Source of the DNA: an uncultured Chloroflexia bacterium
GTDB taxonomy: Bacteria; Chloroflexota; Limnocylindria; Limnocylindrales; CSP1-4
NCBI GenBank assembly: GCA_963813535.1
Contig: CAWEZH010000002.1
Coordinates: forward strand, 1,856,001-1,920,000
Length of the DNA stretch: 64,000 nt
Direction of reading: 5' to 3'
Shown: one piece after another, positions 59,601 through 64,000 of the stretch
Position numbering within the stretch: the first letter of the stretch is position 1
How the letters are laid out: each line of letters starts with the position of its first letter
The notes under the pieces: model-generated
The model's database searches: none
Seen by the model: only the letters and a program-made list of their open reading frames with translations
Told to the model about the DNA's origin: nothing
Position numbers and translations under genes: made by a program

Positions 59601-61889
59601 GCGTCCCGATCGTGGTCGGCGACGAGGCCATCGGCGTCATCAGCGTCCAGAGCACCAGCGACGAGGGACGCTTCGGCGAGGCCGACGTGCGGCTCCTGGG
59701 CACGATCGCGGCCAACGTCGGCGTCGCCATCCAGAACGCCCGGCTGTTCCGTGAGAGCCACCGGCGTGCCACCGAGATGGCCGCCCTCGCGGACGTCGGT
59801 CGCGAGCTGTCGGCGACCCTCGACCCGACGGCTGTCCTCGACCGCATCGCCGAGCACGCCATGGACCTGCTCTCGGCCGCATCGAGTGCCGTTTACCTCG
59901 CCCAGCCCGACGGGCGCACGTTCCGTGCCATCGTCGGTCGCGGCGAGATCGCCGAGCAGCTCCTGGCCGACACGATCAACCTCGGCGAAGGCATCGTCGG
60001 GAGCGTCCTGCGCGATCGCCGCGCCGAGATGGTCAACGACGTCCTGGCCGATCCGCGGACGCGCATCATCCCCGGCACCGACCCCGACGAGAACGACCGC
60101 TTGATGGTTGCACCGCTGGTCGCGCACGACGTCGTCATCGGGGCCATGGCCGTCTGGCGACCGATCCCAGGGGCACCGTACGTCCAGAGCGAGCTCGACC
60201 TGCTGATCGGCCTGTCGCAGCACGCGGCGATCGCCATCGAGAACGCCCGCCTGTACCGCGAGACGCAGGAGGCGCGCGACGCCGCCCAAGACGCGGATCG
60301 GGCCAAGAGCACGTTCCTCGCGGCCATGAGTCACGAGATCCGGACGCCGATGAACGCGATCATCGGTATGAGCGGGCTGATGCTCGACACGGCGCTGACC
60401 GACGAGCAGCGCGACTATGCGGAGACGATCCGCACCTCGGGTGACGCCCTCCTCACGATCATCAACGACATCCTCGACTTCTCGAAGATCGAGGCCGGCA
60501 AGGTCGATCTCGACCGGGAGCCGTTCGACCTCCGCGCATGTATCGAGGGCGCGGTGGACGTGCTGGCGCCATCCGCCGCTGCGAAGCACCTCGAGCTCCT
60601 CTACACGGTCGACGATGACCTGCCGCGCACGATCGTCGGCGACCAGGGCCGCGTTCGCCAGGTCGTCCTCAACCTGCTCTCGAACGCGATCAAGTTCACC
60701 GAGCGTGGTGAGGTGGAACTCTCGGCGACCGGCCGGCCGATCGGGGGCGACGCTTCCGGTGGAGGCGCACTCTGGTCGATCTCGATCGCCGTCCGCGACA
60801 CCGGTATCGGCATCCCGGCGGACCGGATGGACCGGCTATTCCAGTCCTTCAGCCAGGCCGACGCATCGATCTCGCGGCGCTACGGCGGGACGGGCCTGGG
60901 CCTGGCCATCAGCCGACGCCTGGCCGAACTCATGGGTGGCACGTTGCTTGCCACGAGCGACGGTGTCGCCGGTCGCGGCAGCACCTTCGAATTGACGATC
61001 CTCGCCGACGCGGCTCCCGATCAGATCGCGTCGGCACCCGTTCGACTCCTCGACCTGAGCGGCCGCCGCATCCTCGTCGTCGATGACAACGCGACGAACC
61101 GGCGGATCCTGCGGACGCTGGTCGAGCGATGGGGCATGAGCGCCCGCGACAGTCGAGTCCCCTCGGGAGGCCCTCGGCTGGGTCGTGGCCGGCGAGCGGT
61201 TCGATCTGGTCATCGCCGACCTGCACATGCCCGAGCTCGACGGCATCGCCCTCGCCACGGCCTTACGGGCGGCCGACGCCGGCACGGGCACGCCCGTCAT
61301 CGTGCTGTCGTCGATCGGCGTCCACGATCGCGAGAACGACGCGGTCGCGGCGTCGCTCGTCAAGCCGGTCAAACCGTCGGCGCTGTACGACACGATCGCG
61401 ACGGTCCTCGCCGGCCAGTCCGCGGCCGTCGCCGTCCGGCCGTCCGGGGTTGGCATCGACCATGGCCTCGGGGCGCGTCATCCGCTCCGGATCCTTCTCG
61501 CCGAGGACAACCCGGTGAACCAGAAGCTCGCGCTCCGGCTGCTCGAGCGGATGGGGTATCGCGCCGACGTCGTCGAGGACGGATCGGCCGCGGTCGCCGC
61601 GGTCGAGGGAAGCACCTATGACGTGATCCTCATGGACGTCCAGATGCCGGAGCTCGACGGGATGGAGGCGACGCGCCGCATCCGGCACCGCTGGCCGGGC
61701 GAGACGCCTCGGATCGTGGCCATGACCGCCAACGCGATGGACGGCGACCGCGAGGCGTGCCTCGCGGCTGGCATGGACGACTACATCGCCAAGCCGATCT
61801 CGCCGGAGGCGCTCCAGGCAAGCCTCGTCGCCGCGGCACCGGCGACGGAGCGTGGGGCGTCCGCCGTCGGCGATGGAGCGACCGCATGA
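56618..61889 (+). CDS. Hybrid histidine kinase: 7 GAF + HisKA + HATPase + 2 REC, with an apparent +1 frameshift at 61153-61154
   Basis: Seven GAF units, most ending in ENARL/QNARL; [28 protein letters not shown]. Removing one base restores [17 protein letters not shown] and the second REC MDVQMP (~1756 aa). Confidence 0.93.
58163..58789 (+). repeat. 90-bp near-identical direct repeat (58163-58252 and 58700-58789) in the GAF linkers
   Basis: Both copies encode [30 protein letters not shown]; the first 41 bp are identical. Confidence 0.85.
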
Positions 61890-63004
61890 CGTCGTCGCGC
61901 ATCCTCGTCGTGGATGACACGCCGTTCAACCGGCGGCTGCTCGTCCGCCTGCTCGAGGGGATCGGCCATACCGCGGTGGAGGCCCCCGACGGGCGCCAGG
62001 CGCTCGACCGGCTGCGTGACGCCGACGCCGAGCCGATCGACCTCGTCCTGCTGGACATCGTCATGCCCGACATGGACGGCCACGAGACGCTGGCGGCGCT
62101 CAAGGCGGACGGCGCCCTGCGCGATCTACCGGTCATCGTCATCTCGGGCGTCGACGAGCTCGACAGCGTCGTCCGCTGCATCCGGATGGGGGCCGCGGAT
62201 TATCTGCCCAAGACGGTCGACCCCGAGATCCTGCGTGCCCGGATCGACGCCTCCCTCGCCCAGAAGCGGCTGCGCGACAACGAGCGCGAATTGCTCGCGA
62301 CCATCGATCGCCAGCGCTCGCAGCTCGCGCGCTTCCTGTCGCCGCAGGTCGCGGCCCTCGTCTCGAGCGCGGACGGTGAACAGATGCTGGCCGGCCACCG
62401 GCGCGAGATCACGGCGATGTTCTGCGACCTGCGCAACTTCACGGCCTTCTCGGAAACGGCCGAGCCCGAGGAGGTGCTCGGCTTCCTGCGGGCCTACCAC
62501 GCCGCGATGGGGGCCCTGATCGTCGAGCACGACGCGACACTCGAGCATTTCGCGGGCGACGGCTTCATGACGTTCTTCAACGATCCCGTGCTCCAGCCGG
62601 ATCACGCGGCACGGGCGATCGCCCTGGCCGTGGCGATGCGCGAGGAGTTCGTCGCGCTGGCGGCCGATTGGCGGCGGCGCGGCCACGTGCTCGAGCTGGG
62701 GATCGGCATCGCGACGGGCTACGCGACGCTCGGCCGGATCGGCTTCGAGGGTCGGTACGACTACGGGGCCATCGGCAACGCGATCATCCTGGCCTCGCGC
62801 CTCAGCGGCGAGGCCGCGGGCGGAGAGATCCTCGTCGCGGCACGGACCTTCGCAGAAGCGGAGGCGGAGGCCTCGATCATCGCCGAGCCGGGTGGTGACC
62901 GGATGCTCAAGGGCTTCAGCCGATCGGTCCCGACGTTCCTGATCACCGGCATCGGCGATCGCGCGGGCGGACAGGAGCGGGCCCCAGAAGGCGCGCCCAC
63001 ATGA
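61886..63004 (+). CDS. Response regulator-class III nucleotide cyclase fusion
   Basis: REC (VVDD, LLDIVMP, YLPK) plus cyclase motifs [24 protein letters not shown]; ATGA overlap. Confidence 0.93.
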   Translation: MTSSRILVVDDTPFNRRLLVRLLEGIGHTAVEAPDGRQALDRLRDADAEPIDLVLLDIVMPDMDGHETLAALKADGALRDLPVIVISGVDELDSVVRCIRMGAADYLPKTVDPEILRARIDASLAQKRLRDNERELLATIDRQRSQLARFLSPQVAALVSSADGEQMLAGHRREITAMFCDLRNFTAFSETAEPEEVLGFLRAYHAAMGALIVEHDATLEHFAGDGFMTFFNDPVLQPDHAARAIALAVAMREEFVALAADWRRRGHVLELGIGIATGYATLGRIGFEGRYDYGAIGNAIILASRLSGEAAGGEILVAARTFAEAEAEASIIAEPGGDRMLKGFSRSVPTFLITGIGDRAGGQERAPEGAPT

Positions 63005-63348
63005 CGCTCGAACCGGAGGCGATGGCTCGCCTCCTCGAGATCACCGGGGACGATCAGGCCTTCGTCGATGAACTCATCGACACGTTCCTCGACGACGCGG
63101 CGACCCAGCTCGTGGCGCTCCGGGCGGCCGGCGAGGCCGACGACATCGCGGGGGTCGTCCGGCCCGCCCACTCCCTGAAGTCGAACAGCGTCAACGTCGG
63201 GGCGACGGTCCTCGCGGAGCTGTGTCGATCGCTGGAGGCGGACGCTCGCGCCGGCGCCGTGCCCGACATGCAGGCGCGGATCGCGGCCGCAGATGCGGAG
63301 TTCGCCGAAGTCAGGGATGCGTTGCTGGCGGAGCGCAGGGCGCGCTGA
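63001..63348 (+). CDS. Hpt domain protein
   Basis: AHSLKSNSVNVGA..LE. Confidence 0.92.
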   Translation: MTLEPEAMARLLEITGDDQAFVDELIDTFLDDAATQLVALRAAGEADDIAGVVRPAHSLKSNSVNVGATVLAELCRSLEADARAGAVPDMQARIAAADAEFAEVRDALLAERRAR

Positions 63349-63450
63349 GCGGCCCGGCGCGGGTCTCTGCCGGCTCCCCCTCTCGCTCTTCCCCCTGACA
63401 CGCCTCATCTTCGAGGCCGGGAGCGCTCCGCGGCGAGTAGGACGAACGTC

Positions 63451-64000
63451 CTATCCGTCGTCGGCCGAAGGTCCTGGTCGCCGTTCGGTCGCGACCTGCC
63501 GCAGCCGGCGCGCCACGTCGGGATGGCCGGCCGCCTCAGCCAGATCGGCCGGCGTGCCGCCCTCGGCCACGGCGACCGTCGGATCGGCGCCGGCGGACAG
63601 GAAGAGCTCGACCATCTCCACGTCGCCGTGCTGCGCGGCTTCATGGAGCGGCGTGTAGCCACCATGCTGGGTGGCATCGACGTCGGCGCCCGCCGCAAGC
63701 AGGACTCGACAGACCTCGAGGTGCCTGCCCGCGGCCGCCGCGTGGAGCGGCTGGTTCGCGAACGCATTGGTCGTGTAGGTGTCGACGGACGCGCCCGCGT
63801 CGAGCAGGATCTTGGCCACCTCGGGCTTGCCGAAGAAGGCCGCCAGGTGGAGCGCGGTGTAGCCGTCCGGGGACAGCCGCGAAACGGCTTCCGGGTCGTC
63901 GAGGATGGCCGAGCGGACGCGGTCGATGCGACCAAGGGCAGCAGCCTCGAAGAGGTCGAGATCCGGATCCGCCGCCAGGAGGGCATCCATGGTCGGCCGG
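63451..64000 (-). CDS. Ankyrin repeat protein, probably 5'-truncated at the window edge
   Basis: DGYTALHLAA, QPLHAAA, GYTPLHEAA, GTPADLA; the frame stays open upstream of ATG 63990. Confidence 0.9.
   Translation of the reverse strand, partial: RPTMDALLAADPDLDLFEAAALGRIDRVRSAILDDPEAVSRLSPDGYTALHLAAFFGKPEVAKILLDAGASVDTYTTNAFANQPLHAAAAGRHLEVCRVLLAAGADVDATQHGGYTPLHEAAQHGDVEMVELFLSAGADPTVAVAEGGTPADLAEAAGHPDVARRLRQVATERRPGPSADDG

Overview
Very GC-rich (roughly 70% by eye) bacterial chromosomal window of about 60 genes. I see no integrase, transposase, prophage or CRISPR array. Gene style (Pro/Thr-stalk proteins, poly-GAF kinase, many apparently leaderless genes) suggests Chloroflexota or a similar high-GC monoderm; this is an inference. 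From left to right it contains: a truncated LuxR/ATPase regulator; an orphan methyltransferase; a tRNA with the rare Ile UAU anticodon; a C-S lyase-like gene divergent from a cysteine-free rhodanese; an ATP-dependent DNA ligase; a 9-gene N-methylamine/betaine catabolic operon (enolase-superfamily enzyme, ALDH, non-pyrrolysine MttB, DMG dehydrogenase, SoxAGBD-like, Fe-ADH) divergent from IclR; a GT2/flippase pair; MarR with a heterodimeric ABC exporter; a GGDEF protein; a paa cluster lacking paaE/K/Z; fumC; a PadR-Rieske-membrane protein-Tat amine oxidase operon; an APC permease with a structured leader plus a GlnA4-like ligase; and a 7-GAF hybrid kinase-REC/cyclase-Hpt phosphorelay. Four genes carry single +1 base insertions that look like sequencing errors, and one of them creates a false ABC fusion. 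All family calls come from motif recognition by eye; no database searches were run.
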